Assembly: GCA_046757665.1 (NCBI GenBank) | Contig: JBHHYO010000038.1 | Coordinates: 1 to 25,061 of the forward strand | Source: Nitrospinales bacterium | Lineage (GTDB): Bacteria > Nitrospinota > Nitrospinia > Nitrospinales > JAJDAT01 | Direction of reading: 5' to 3' | DNA length: 25,061 nucleotides | In this document: in pieces, positions 24,858 to 25,061 of the stretch | Layout of the letters: each line of letters begins with the position of its first letter | Position numbering within the stretch: position 1 is the first letter of the stretch | Notes under the pieces: model-generated | Seen by the model: only the letters and a program-made list of their open reading frames with translations | Databases searched by the model: none | Told to the model about the DNA's origin: nothing | Program-made: the position numbers and the translations under genes

Positions 24858-25061
24858 TCAGCTATCGGCTTCCCAATTTGTACTAAAGTTCAAGGCGCGG
24901 AGAAATTCGAACGTATCACACCAAGCCACACCAAGCTCATCGCACACATCGGGTACGTGGCGATTTGCCCGTTGCCTATTCGGTTTGGAAACTTCTGTTG
25001 TCACAACACACCGCCCCTTTTTCGATGCCAAAGCATATGCAATTAGGAACGAATCACAGCC
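24858..25061 (-). CDS. DUF4411 family (PIN-like) protein, C-terminal part (5' end outside window)
   Basis: Not in the ORF track. Manual translation gives ...GCDSFLIAYALASKKGRCVVTTEVSKPNRQRANRHVPDVCDELGVAWCDTFEFLRALNFSTNWEADS*. D.FLIAYA, VVT.E and PDVC are motifs I recognise from DUF4411. About 49% GC by hand count. Confidence 0.78.
   Translation of the reverse strand, partial: GCDSFLIAYALASKKGRCVVTTEVSKPNRQRANRHVPDVCDELGVAWCDTFEFLRALNFSTNWEADS

Noticed and set aside
24917..24936. 10-bp tandem duplication CACACCAAGC x2 suggesting a frameshift
   Set aside because: The DUF4411-like frame reads through with family-like sequence on both sides, so it is probably coincidental.

Overview
GC-rich (roughly 60-65% by eye) bacterial chromosomal region dominated by cell-envelope and housekeeping genes. 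The left arm, on the minus strand in transcription order, is lpxK, an ICMT/PEMT-like methyltransferase, a GT-C glycosyltransferase, an exported PDZ protein with about 13 D-x-x-G-x-D-x-Y repeats, an amidohydrolase, a second GT-C and hflX (truncated by the window edge). lpxK lies head-to-head, 21 bp apart, with two tandem, diverged waaA (Kdo transferase) paralogs. Next come a DCC-type CxxC oxidoreductase fused to a lipase maturation factor (LMF1) domain, an ADP-ribosylglycohydrolase plus long pentapeptide-repeat protein pair, a large AsmA/YhdP-like protein, rlmB, rpsU, a ChaN-PDZ fusion, acyP and a small hypothetical gene. The window ends with the 3' end of a lower-GC DUF4411 (PIN-like) gene. 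Intergenic space holds two families of structured palindromic elements with terminal inverted repeats. Family 1 has 3 copies at gene 3' ends, two of them starting exactly after a GTAA stop. Family 2 has 2 copies, both upstream of minus-strand genes in divergent regions. No rRNA, tRNA, CRISPR array, transposase or integrase was seen. All product calls come from motif recognition only; no searches were run.
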